64,000 nucleotides of DNA from positions 4,864,001 through 4,928,000 of the forward strand of contig OZ220733.1 of assembly GCA_965116875.1 (NCBI GenBank), read 5' to 3'. The position numbers and the translations under genes are program-made. This stretch comes from Candidatus Latescibacterota bacterium. Lineage in GTDB: Bacteria > Latescibacterota > UBA2968 > GCA-2709665. Positions 9,786 to 18,012 of the stretch are shown here, piece after piece. Under the pieces are notes generated by a model. It ran no database searches and was not told where the DNA came from. It worked only from the letters and a program-made list of their open reading frames with translations. Numbering within the stretch: position 1 is the first letter of the stretch; each line of letters starts with the position of its first letter.

Positions 9786-9932
9786 TTAACCGAGCAATCG
9801 ATCTCGAACGTCGCGATATTTATCCAGGGTCTCTTCGAACCAGAACAGGGACATCTCCGTCAGAATGGCGCCTTTGCCGGGTATACCGTTGGGCGCGACA
9901 CAGTCAAATGCCGAGAATCGGTCCGCCGCCAC
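9786..9932 (-). pseudogene. purC: purC (SAICAR synthetase) internal N-terminal fragment, 48 aa
   Basis: Manual translation VAADRFSAFDCVAPNGIPGKGAILTEMSLFWFEE matches the PurC signature ATDRISAFD...IPxKGxVLTxxSxFWF; directly after the purN stop. Confidence 0.8.
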
Positions 9933-9937
9933 GGACT

Positions 9938-10600
9938 CTAGTTCAGTATTCGAACCTTCCCGCCATCGACCCTGACTCTTCCCTCCGCGAACAGGCGGAT
10001 CGCTTCAGTATACAACTCGTGCTCTACGGTGAGTACCCTTCGTGCCAGGGAATCCGGCGTATCGTCGGGCGCAACGCGGATCCTTCGCTGCAGAATGATC
10101 GGACCTGTGTCGTATTCCTCGTCCACGAGATGTACGGTCGCACCGGAGACCCGTGCGCCGCTGCGAACAACGGCTTTGTGGACACGTTCCCCGTACATAC
10201 CCTTGCCACCGAATGCCGGAAGAAGCGCGGGGTGTATATTAACGATACGGTTCCTGTACATCTTGAGCGTCGCCGGGCCCAGTTTCTTCATATAGCCCGC
10301 AAGAACCACCAGGTTGACGCAGTGCGACCTGAGCGTTTCAGCGATCGCACGGTCGAGGGAACCGGGTTGCGGGTGCGTCCTCCCGCTGAGGTGAATCGCG
10401 GGAACGCCGGCCCGCCTTGCCCGGGCAAGCGCCCCGGACCTGCTATTGTTGCCGATGACAACGCCCACGCGCGCCGCGAGCCGTCCCGAAGCGCTCCGGT
10501 TGAGTATCGCCTGCAGATTCGTCCCTCCCCCCGAGGCGAGTACGCCCAGGCAATATACGGCATTCCTTCCGGGTGGGATCGCTGTTCCACGTTGCGACAC
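9938..10600 (-). CDS. purN: Phosphoribosylglycinamide formyltransferase (start uncertain)
   Basis: LASGGGTNLQA, LAGYM, NIHPALLP, GATVHLVDEEYDTGPII. Confidence 0.96.
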   Translation of the reverse strand: MSQRGTAIPPGRNAVYCLGVLASGGGTNLQAILNRSASGRLAARVGVVIGNNSRSGALARARRAGVPAIHLSGRTHPQPGSLDRAIAETLRSHCVNLVVLAGYMKKLGPATLKMYRNRIVNIHPALLPAFGGKGMYGERVHKAVVRSGARVSGATVHLVDEEYDTGPIILQRRIRVAPDDTPDSLARRVLTVEHELYTEAIRLFAEGRVRVDGGKVRILN

Positions 10601-10722
10601 GGGGATTCATTCCGATGGCTGACTCTGCAACAGACGATTCGGCGGGGAAGATGTAGAAAAGCGGGAAGTCACCCGCCGGCGGGAACGGCGGCGGGACGGG
10701 GAGACAAGTGACTCGGCCATGG

Positions 10723-10751
10723 AAAATAAACCATTGCCCGCCCGATGTCAA
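10723..10751 (-). promoter_or_regulatory. sigma70-type promoter for purN(-mreBC)
   Basis: TTGACA-N17-TATTTT on minus strand. Confidence 0.6.
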
Positions 10752-10881
10752 GCGCTTTGCAGGCCAGGTTCAGGCGGCGGGAAAGTCAGAATCCACTTGA
10801 CAAAAAACCAGCAACATTCCTTATTTAACCCGATATATGTTAAGCACTTACTCATCTATCGCGCCACAACGGAGGTCGTCT

Positions 10882-11778
10882 TTGAATATCCGCAAAGCGG
10901 TAATCGCGGCTGCCGGCCACGGCAGCCGGATGTTGCCGGCCACCAAAGCCCTGCCAAAAGAGATGATGCCTGTCGTCGACAAACCGGCCATACAGTACAT
11001 CATCGAAGAATTGGTCGAAGCCGGCATCGAAGACATTCTGATCATCACGGGCAGGGGAAAAAGGGCGATAGAAGATCACTTCGACCGCAACGTCGAGGTC
11101 CACGACGCCCTTGCGAAGCGGGACGACCGCTCGATGCTGGCAACCCTTGAACGCATCGAACAACTTGCCGACATCCACTATCTTCGACAGAGAGAACTCC
11201 TGGGAACCGGTCACGCCGTCCTCAAAGCCCGCAGACACGTGGGCGACGAGCCGTTCGCCGTGTTATTCGGAGACGATCTGGTTGTATCCGAAACTCCGTG
11301 TATCGGCCAGTTGGCGGACGCGTATTCCAGACTCGAGGCGCCGATTCTGGCGGTTAAAGAAGTGGCGAGGGAACTTGTTGGCAGTTATGGCGTGGTCCGG
11401 GCCGAATCCATCAATGGGGCAAGCCTGGTCAAGGGCCTGGTGGAAAAACCGGATCCGGCACGGGCGCCCTCGAATCTCGCCTGCCTCGGTCGGTATATCT
11501 TCGAGCCCGACATCTTCGATTTTCTGAATCGCATCACGCCGGCCGGCAGCGGCGAGTACCAGCTCACCGATGCCATTCAACTGATGGTTCAATCCCGCCC
11601 CGTTTACGCGTGTGCGGTCGAAGGAGATTGGCACACGGTCGGCGACCTGCTCTCGTATCTTCAGACGACCGTTTCGTTCGCCCTGACCCACCCCGATATC
11701 GGCGAATCCTTCCGGGAATATCTGAAAAGAACCTGCCAGGCGCTGTCCTCAGGCGCAAGGATTTCACCCGGAGGTTGA
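10882..11778 (+). CDS. galU: UTP-glucose-1-phosphate uridylyltransferase
   Basis: KAVIAAAGHGSRMLPATKALPKEM, LGTGHA, GDD, VEKP, QLTDA; GGAGG plus TTG start. Confidence 0.93.
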   Translation: MNIRKAVIAAAGHGSRMLPATKALPKEMMPVVDKPAIQYIIEELVEAGIEDILIITGRGKRAIEDHFDRNVEVHDALAKRDDRSMLATLERIEQLADIHYLRQRELLGTGHAVLKARRHVGDEPFAVLFGDDLVVSETPCIGQLADAYSRLEAPILAVKEVARELVGSYGVVRAESINGASLVKGLVEKPDPARAPSNLACLGRYIFEPDIFDFLNRITPAGSGEYQLTDAIQLMVQSRPVYACAVEGDWHTVGDLLSYLQTTVSFALTHPDIGESFREYLKRTCQALSSGARISPGG

Positions 11779-12264
11779 GCCGACCCGCGCCAGGGCAAGA
11801 ATGCCGTCGAAGTCATCCAGAATCCTGGCAGAGTGGCTGGTTATTGTACATTCCTGCCTTGCGATCCATTCCATATCCTGCCTGCTCAGGCCGTCGCGCT
11901 GCCGGAAGGCCTCCAGCTCGTCCCGGTCGAGAACCGTAAGCCGACCTGTTGGATCGAACCAGAGGTCCAGCATGAGGTCGACATAGTCCACGCGGTGATC
12001 GCCAACCTTCAGGTCCCTGCATACGTGGAAGAGATGCCCGATCAACCTGCCTTCCGGATCGCACATCTTCCACAATACAAACCCCGATCCGTGCCTGTAG
12101 AATCCGTACGTTACGGACCCGGCGTGAATCTCCAGATCCCCCACCCGTCCGGACTCCGCATTCACATATCTGAGTACGACGTAGTCACGGGCGCGCAAAA
12201 TGGATTCACAATCAAAAACGGCATCCGGTTTGTCCAGGTGCCGTTTTATCTCCCGATAATTCAT
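11764..12264 (-). CDS. DUF402-family protein (FomD/Ntdp-like nucleotide phosphatase fold)
   Basis: YVDLMLDLW...VLDRDEL acidic motif; start MNYREIK overlaps the upstream stop (ATGA). Confidence 0.75.
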   Translation of the reverse strand: MNYREIKRHLDKPDAVFDCESILRARDYVVLRYVNAESGRVGDLEIHAGSVTYGFYRHGSGFVLWKMCDPEGRLIGHLFHVCRDLKVGDHRVDYVDLMLDLWFDPTGRLTVLDRDELEAFRQRDGLSRQDMEWIARQECTITSHSARILDDFDGILALARVGSTSG

Positions 12265-12437
12265 TGCGGAATTGAACGAGTGAGCAGATAACAGAATAGC
12301 ATCGCCGTGCTTGCCACAAGCCAGCACGACCATTGGAGCAGTTTGGCCCGCCGCCCTTCCATTCCGGAAGAAACGGACTGACCGAGATAACACAGCAGGA
12401 ACACCAGCGAAATACCTACACCCCAGATTGTGATCAA
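12261..12437 (-). CDS. Small 58-aa membrane protein with two hydrophobic segments (not in ORF track)
   Basis: AAGGAGG-N7-TTG; MITIWGVGISLVFLLCYLGQSVSSGMEGRRAKLLQWSCWLVASTAMLFCYLLTRSIPQ*; TGA overlaps the next ATG. Confidence 0.7.
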   Translation of the reverse strand: MITIWGVGISLVFLLCYLGQSVSSGMEGRRAKLLQWSCWLVASTAMLFCYLLTRSIPQ

Positions 12438-12452
12438 GTAAGTTCCTCCTTG

Positions 12453-12610
12453 GAAGCTGTCTTAAAATTCCCAGCGGTCTTCGCACGGCTGCAAAAGCGC
12501 CGGTCGGCGTTGGTCAAACCCGTATAGACAAATATGGGCGAGTTTTCCCGCCTTGACCGCCACTTTTTCGCTCGCGCTCGGGAACTCACCGGTAATTTTA
12601 AAACAGCTTC
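12453..12610. repeat. Palindromic MITE-like repeat family A, copy 1 (158 bp, minimal form)
   Basis: TIR GAAGCTGTCTTAAAATT / AATTTTAAAACAGCTTC (16/17); homologous to 15112-15331 and 56799-57011. Confidence 0.88.
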
Positions 12611-13354
12611 TCACTCCCTCGTCTGCGCCTCTCCCGTCATCGGAACAAAACGGACGGGTATGACCCGCTCTTTCTTCACGCCATCCCGCTCCTTGACAAG
12701 CAGCGTCAGGTATTGATTGTCGGTGCCGACGGGTATCACCATGCGCCCTCCCTCACGAAGCTGTTCGACGAGTCTCGGCGGAACATGGTCGGGCGCCGCT
12801 GTCACGATAACCGCATCGAAGGGAGCATGTTCCTCCCAACCGCGGTACCCGTCGCCGAGGCGAACGCTGATGTTGTCGTAACCCATGTCCCGGAGTCGCT
12901 CTTCCGCCTGCCGGGCAAGCGATGGCACGATTTCGATGGTATATACCTCACGCACGAGCTTTGCCAGAACGGCCGCCTGATAGCCCGACCCGGTTCCCAC
13001 CTCAAGTACGGTCTCGTCGCCCTTCAAGTTCAGCAATTCAGTCATTTTCGCCACAATATACGGCTGAGATATCGTCTGGTCTTCGCCGATAGGCAGTGCG
13101 CCGTCGTCGTATGCGCGTTCCCTGAGGTGTTCGGGCACAAACAGGTGCCGCGGCACTCCGAGCAGTGCATTCAACACGCGCCGTTCCATGATCCCACGAC
13201 GTTCGATCTGTATTTTTACCATCTTCCTGCGCATAATGAGAAACCGCGCCTCCTCATCCGCCGACACCTTCCGTCCGTCCGTTGAATCCGCGCTACATCC
13301 GGCGCAAAGCGCCAGCCAGAGCGCCGGCAATGCGGCGCTGCGTACGCCATGCAT
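12611..13354 (-). CDS. pcm: Protein-L-isoaspartate O-methyltransferase with N-terminal lipoprotein-like signal
   Basis: VPRHLFVP, QTISQPY, VLEVGTGSGYQAA, APFDAVIVTAA, VRFVPM; N-terminal LWLALCAGC. Confidence 0.95.
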   Translation of the reverse strand: MHGVRSAALPALWLALCAGCSADSTDGRKVSADEEARFLIMRRKMVKIQIERRGIMERRVLNALLGVPRHLFVPEHLRERAYDDGALPIGEDQTISQPYIVAKMTELLNLKGDETVLEVGTGSGYQAAVLAKLVREVYTIEIVPSLARQAEERLRDMGYDNISVRLGDGYRGWEEHAPFDAVIVTAAPDHVPPRLVEQLREGGRMVIPVGTDNQYLTLLVKERDGVKKERVIPVRFVPMTGEAQTRE

Positions 13355-13375
13355 GGTCTGAGGCCTCCATGGGGA

Positions 13376-15007
13376 TCACTTATCCTTCCTCTCCATATAT
13401 GCCTTGTCTCGATCCAGAAGCTCAGGGTTCAGCCTGTAGAACAATTCGCGGGCCTGGGGAAGCATCCTGCTCGTGACGACGAATCGTCCGTCGAGCAATA
13501 AAGAAGGATTCATCGACACGTCGATTCCCGCTCTACCCGCCGCAACCCGGGACCGCGAAGCCAGGGCATCGCCGTCGGAGGCGGCGCAGCGCCGGATGCG
13601 TTCGACGTCGATCGCCTGCTGTTTCAGACAGGCGATGTAAGATTCCTTGATCCCGTGTTTCGAGGCGCCGCGGAACACGCACATTGCAAAGGCCCGGTAC
13701 CTGTCGGGATAGATCTGCCGGACACACAAGCCGGAAAACGCGTCTTCATCCTGCCCCATCGGATGCAGGCGCAGGCGTTCCGGGGCATCGACGGCGTCCA
13801 GCCAGGACTCCAGACCTCCAACGATTCGTGCCGTCGCCGGCGACGTTCCCGCGAAGAAGAAGTCCATTCGGCCCGGGTCCGCCTTCCTGCCCATAAGGCG
13901 GGACACCGGCACGAGTACAGGCTTTGGCATAAAACTTTCGTGAATCGGATAGACGGCTTTCGCAAATCGTTGAAAACGGGCGGTTTTTGCGAAACTATGA
14001 TCGAGGATGAACGCCGGCACCCGGTCGACCTGAAACCGGTCCGCCATCCTCCTCCCCTGCCGGGAATGTACGTTGAGCGTCTGAACGTCCACGCCGGGGA
14101 ACAATTCTCGCGTGGACCGGACGAACAATTTCGGGTCGCAGAGGCCGCATCGGGTATCGTTCAAGACGGTCATCCGGAAGACAACCGGATCGCTGAATCT
14201 GCACGACGCCGCGGGCGTACCGGGGTTAACGCAGACACCCACCCGTCCCGCTGACACACAATCGCGGTCCGTTCCGCAAACCGGCACAGCAGCACAGGGC
14301 CCCGCCAGACTGTCCAGCCCGCAGATGCGGCGCGCCAGACCCTGCGTTTCGATTCCACCCTTGACCTCCACGCCGTTCACGTAAAGCGTAGGTGACGCTT
14401 TGACACCCAGTTGATTCGCCCTCCGGATATTGTCGCTGAAAAGCGTCTCGCCCTTTGTGCCAGAGGCCATTTCCGCCACCCGGTCCGCATCGATTCCCGC
14501 CCGCCCGGCGCTGGTGTGCCAATCCGGAGACTCCATGTTTTCATTTCTGTCGAGAATATAGTCGTAGAATCTGTCCGGATACAGATGCATCATCACGACC
14601 TGCCGGATTCCCTCCTCCACCTCAGCGTCGCCATGCAGACTCAGGAATCGACCGGTACCGGATACGGTGCTGGATTCGCAGGATTCACCGCGGCTGCGGA
14701 GCGGCCTGAGCGGCCCGGCCGACACGGGTTCCTTTCCGGCCTCCTGGGCGATGAAATGCAGGCGGAAATCGATGCCGTCGCCAAATGCCCTGACGGCCGG
14801 TGCGAGCGCAGCTTCCGCCCGCATCCCGTAAGGACAGTGCGCCATCACGAACAGTTCGACCTTAACGGGACCTCCGGAGTCTCCGGAGTCTCCTGCGCGA
14901 GCCCTGATTACATCGCTTCCGAAGACCTCCGCAACGGGTCCGGGAAGCCACGGCAAGAGGCCCGCCAGCACAATACCGCAGATTTCCCGCACCGCGGAAT
15001 GGTACAT
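13376..15007 (-). CDS. Exported multi-thioredoxin-fold (GILT/DsbA-like) Cys-rich protein
   Basis: Hydrophobic N-terminus; VELFVMAHCPYG, SLHG, GVKASPTLYVNG, CGLC, DRVPAF; GGAGGAG RBS. Confidence 0.65.
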   Translation of the reverse strand: MYHSAVREICGIVLAGLLPWLPGPVAEVFGSDVIRARAGDSGDSGGPVKVELFVMAHCPYGMRAEAALAPAVRAFGDGIDFRLHFIAQEAGKEPVSAGPLRPLRSRGESCESSTVSGTGRFLSLHGDAEVEEGIRQVVMMHLYPDRFYDYILDRNENMESPDWHTSAGRAGIDADRVAEMASGTKGETLFSDNIRRANQLGVKASPTLYVNGVEVKGGIETQGLARRICGLDSLAGPCAAVPVCGTDRDCVSAGRVGVCVNPGTPAASCRFSDPVVFRMTVLNDTRCGLCDPKLFVRSTRELFPGVDVQTLNVHSRQGRRMADRFQVDRVPAFILDHSFAKTARFQRFAKAVYPIHESFMPKPVLVPVSRLMGRKADPGRMDFFFAGTSPATARIVGGLESWLDAVDAPERLRLHPMGQDEDAFSGLCVRQIYPDRYRAFAMCVFRGASKHGIKESYIACLKQQAIDVERIRRCAASDGDALASRSRVAAGRAGIDVSMNPSLLLDGRFVVTSRMLPQARELFYRLNPELLDRDKAYMERKDK

Positions 15008-15111
15008 AGTGACCGCTACTCCTCCTTCTAGCCGGCTGCTGAAGTCCGGCGCCATATGGTTCCGACCGGAAAGAACAAGAAAGGCCGTCTCCGGCAGAGA
15101 GACGACCCTTG

Positions 15112-15331
15112 GAAGCTGTCCTGAAATTCCCAGCGGTTTTCGCACGGCTGCAAAAGCGCCCGCCTGCGCAGCGTACTGCGCTGCAGGCAGGCCGGTCAGC
15201 GTTGGTCATCAAATCCACCCGAATACGAGATCGAGGCTGCGCTTGCTCGCCTCTCGTCGGCGGACTTTCCCGCCTTGACCGGCCCTTTTTTGCTCGCGAT
15301 CGGGACGTACCGGAAATCCTGAAACAGTTTC
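15112..15331. repeat. Repeat family A, copy 2 (220 bp, two nested hairpins)
   Basis: GAAGCTGTCCTGAAATTCCCAGCGG...TTTCCCGCCTTGACC...GAAACAGTTTC; inserts at 15161-15193 and 15224-15255. Confidence 0.85.
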
Positions 15332-15358
15332 AACCATTGCAACGCCTGGCCGATGACG

Positions 15359-16159
15359 TTACTTCAACAGCATCATCCGCCTGGATGCCGAGAAATTGGG
15401 GGCCTGCAGCCGGTACAGGTAGATCCCGCTGGCGACCTGCCTTCCCAATTGGTCGTTTCCATCCCAGGTTGCCGTATAGTGCCCGGATTCGTTGCGCGCG
15501 TCCACCAGAATGCGCACCTCCTGACCAAGAAGATTATATATGGACAACCTGACTTGTCCGGCCTCCGCGATCTGATACTCGATTGTTGTGGATGGGTTGA
15601 AAGGATTCGGCATATTCTGGTTCAGGGCCGTTCGGTCGGGCAACGGTTTCAAGTTCCCGATCTCTATCTGTGCAAGGATATCGATATTTCCATCGAGCCC
15701 GACGAGTACGCCTTCAGCGACCTGGAAATCCGTTGGGAGCGGGGTTTCCGTTGTTTTAAAGATGAGCTCGACGAGACCACCGTCGCCGCTGGCGCCCTCG
15801 CCGTCGACCTTCATGGCGCCGATATCCAGTTTTCCGGGCGTCCGGTTGGAGGACAGAAAGAGCGTATTCCTTTCAGACCGGGACGAGAGCAGATTGCCGT
15901 CGAGTTCCCTGGTTTCGATGAATTCGTACTTTCCCGCGTCGTAGATCAGCGAGAATCCGTACCCCTTCAGGTTTTTGGCCTGGGCAAGTGTAACGTGCAG
16001 CTTCAGGACACCGGGTTCGGCGTCCGGCGCGTCCGCCCGCTCCAGCGTCAGTCGAGCGAACGAGTTCTGACCGCCGTTAATAGTCAATCCATCGGTCATT
16101 TCTCCCGCCGAAGCGGAGCCCGCCAGAGCAAGTGCCAGAAAAACGAGAATTGTACGCAT
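15359..16159 (-). CDS. Secreted protein: signal peptide, cohesin-like domain, C-terminal FlgD-Ig/T9SS-like sorting domain
   Basis: MRTILVFLALALAGSASA; LKGYGFSLIYD; LNQNMPNPFNPSTTIEY...IYNLLGQEVRILVD...WDGND..G..VASGIYLYRL; AAGGAGG RBS. Confidence 0.82.
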   Translation of the reverse strand: MRTILVFLALALAGSASAGEMTDGLTINGGQNSFARLTLERADAPDAEPGVLKLHVTLAQAKNLKGYGFSLIYDAGKYEFIETRELDGNLLSSRSERNTLFLSSNRTPGKLDIGAMKVDGEGASGDGGLVELIFKTTETPLPTDFQVAEGVLVGLDGNIDILAQIEIGNLKPLPDRTALNQNMPNPFNPSTTIEYQIAEAGQVRLSIYNLLGQEVRILVDARNESGHYTATWDGNDQLGRQVASGIYLYRLQAPNFSASRRMMLLK

Positions 16160-16211
16160 ACCGCCTCCTTTCGGAGTTTGGAAAAACCTCGCCAAGAAGC
16201 CTTCTTCGTTA

Positions 16212-16240
16212 AATCTACGGGGTACAGCACCCCATGTCAA
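16212..16240 (-). promoter_or_regulatory. sigma70-type promoter with palindromic spacer
   Basis: TTGACA-N17-TAGATT; spacer contains the inverted repeat GGGGT-N5-ACCCC. Confidence 0.65.
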
Positions 16241-16425
16241 CAGCCAAATAAGGCGATGCCGCGGAAAAAACCCTATTGAAGCAAGAAACAGTCTCCGGTA
16301 CCGCGAGACAGGCGGACGCCGCCGCCCCGATTCAGTCATGGAATCATCGAATCTTCCGGCGCATCCGGGCGAACCCGCACCGGGAAAACTCCGTCGTGCC
16401 GCGACGACGCCGGTCGGAAGCCGGC

Positions 16426-17949
16426 TCACCGCGCCGGTTGCAGTTCACCGAAGTAATCCTGAATCGAGTCGACGAGGCCGGCGATGCCGACTTCCCAATC
16501 CGCGGCCTGCGCGACAACGGAAAAGCCCAGACTCCGAGCCGTCTCTGCCGTTGTGGGCCCAATACAGGCAGCGGGGAGCGTCCGCGAAAGTTCAGGCATT
16601 CCGAATTGCTTGAATAGTTCCGTACAATTTAATGCGGCAGAAGGGCTTGAAAAAACTACCAGGTCGACCTCCTTCCGTTGAAGGCGTACCTTGACCCGAT
16701 CCGAAATGCCCGGGGGCTTCTGAGTCCGGTAAACAATAACCTCCCGCACGTCCGCCCCCAGCGCGCGCAATGCATCCGGTATTGTTCTTCGTCCCTTTTC
16801 CCCTCGGGGAATCAGCACCCGCAGCCCGGACACGTTTCCTTCGGCGAACCGCTCCGCAAGGTTGGCGGCCGTGTGCCGGGACGGACACAAATCCACGTGC
16901 AGCCCGTGTCCGCGGACCTTTTCCGCGGATTTCCGACCGACCACGGCAACCCTGACATCCGTCAATCCGTTCAGGTTTCCATGTATCGATCGCACCCTGC
17001 TGAAGAAGCGCTCGATGGCGTTCCCGCTGGCGAAAACAAGCCAGTCGAACCGGTCGAGCTCCCCAATTGCGGCATCCACCGGCGACCAGTCATGCGGGTC
17101 CGCTATCTCTATTGCGGGGGCCACCAGGACCTCGGCCCCGAGTCCCATCAACATGCCGCGCAACTCCCCGACCTGATTCCGGCTGCGGGTGATCATGATA
17201 CGCCTGCCAATGAGAGGAAGCCGTTCGAACCACGGAAAGTCCGACGCGGCCACCTCACCCACGACAATTGCGGCCGGGCTGCGTACTTCCACGCCGGCCA
17301 GGGTACCGAGCGTACATCGGACGGTCGTCTGACCGGGCAACGTTCCGTCCTGCACCACGGCCACAGGGGTATCGGCGGGACGTCCTGCCTGGATCAGTCT
17401 CCGGGCGACCTCCCCGCGGTTCCGTACGCCCATCAGCACGACAAGGGTGCCGCCCAGCTGACCCAACGCGCGCCAGTCTACTTCCGGGAGCGCGTCCAAA
17501 GACTCGCGGTGACCCGTTAGAATCGTCACATGCGGCGCGATCCCCCGCCGGGTGACCGTAATGCCCGCGTATGCCGGCGCGGCGATCGCGCTGGTTATTC
17601 CCGGTATCACTTCAAATGCGACGCCCGCATCTTCAAGCGTCGCCATCTCCTCCCCGCCGCGCCCGAACAGGAATGGGTCTCCGCCCTTCAGACGTACCAC
17701 CCTCAGCCCTTTCTCCGCCCGTTCAACCATCAGCCGGTTGATCCGTTCCTGCTGTCGTGACTGGGCGCCGGGACGTTTGCCCACGTCAATCCGCTCACAA
17801 TCCGGCGGCGCTTCGTCCAGCAACGCCGGATTCGCCAGGCTGTCGTAGAGAATCACGTCAGCTTTCCGGATACGGCGAAGGGCCTTAACTGTGATCAGTT
17901 CGGGATCTCCCGGCCCCGCACCAACGAGATAAACCACGCCTTTCGCCAT
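16426..17949 (-). CDS. cobA: Uroporphyrinogen-III C-methyltransferase / uroporphyrinogen-III synthase fusion (CobA-HemD)
   Basis: VYLVGAGPGDPELIT, RLKGGDPFLFGRGGEE; C-terminal half ITRS, FASGNA, VYRT, FSSPSA, CIGPTTA. Confidence 0.95.
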   Translation of the reverse strand: MAKGVVYLVGAGPGDPELITVKALRRIRKADVILYDSLANPALLDEAPPDCERIDVGKRPGAQSRQQERINRLMVERAEKGLRVVRLKGGDPFLFGRGGEEMATLEDAGVAFEVIPGITSAIAAPAYAGITVTRRGIAPHVTILTGHRESLDALPEVDWRALGQLGGTLVVLMGVRNRGEVARRLIQAGRPADTPVAVVQDGTLPGQTTVRCTLGTLAGVEVRSPAAIVVGEVAASDFPWFERLPLIGRRIMITRSRNQVGELRGMLMGLGAEVLVAPAIEIADPHDWSPVDAAIGELDRFDWLVFASGNAIERFFSRVRSIHGNLNGLTDVRVAVVGRKSAEKVRGHGLHVDLCPSRHTAANLAERFAEGNVSGLRVLIPRGEKGRRTIPDALRALGADVREVIVYRTQKPPGISDRVKVRLQRKEVDLVVFSSPSAALNCTELFKQFGMPELSRTLPAACIGPTTAETARSLGFSVVAQAADWEVGIAGLVDSIQDYFGELQPAR

Positions 17950-18012
17950 GATGATCCCAAACCGCCACGGATCCGGCTGTCCTCCCGTGACCTGTTGACG
18001 CCGACACGCGGT

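Noticed and set aside
10600-10720. ZTP (pfl) or purine riboswitch upstream of purN
   Set aside because: Could not find the conserved core motifs by eye; an Infernal scan would settle it.
10797-10827. galU promoter (also TTGACA at 33396 and 57105)
   Set aside because: Perfect -35 boxes but no TAnnnT -10 at 16-18 bp spacing; not called as features.
12453-15331. Repeat family A as a CRISPR array or autonomous IS
   Set aside because: Copies are dispersed, 158-220 bp long, with no repeat-spacer periodicity, no cas genes and no transposase ORF.
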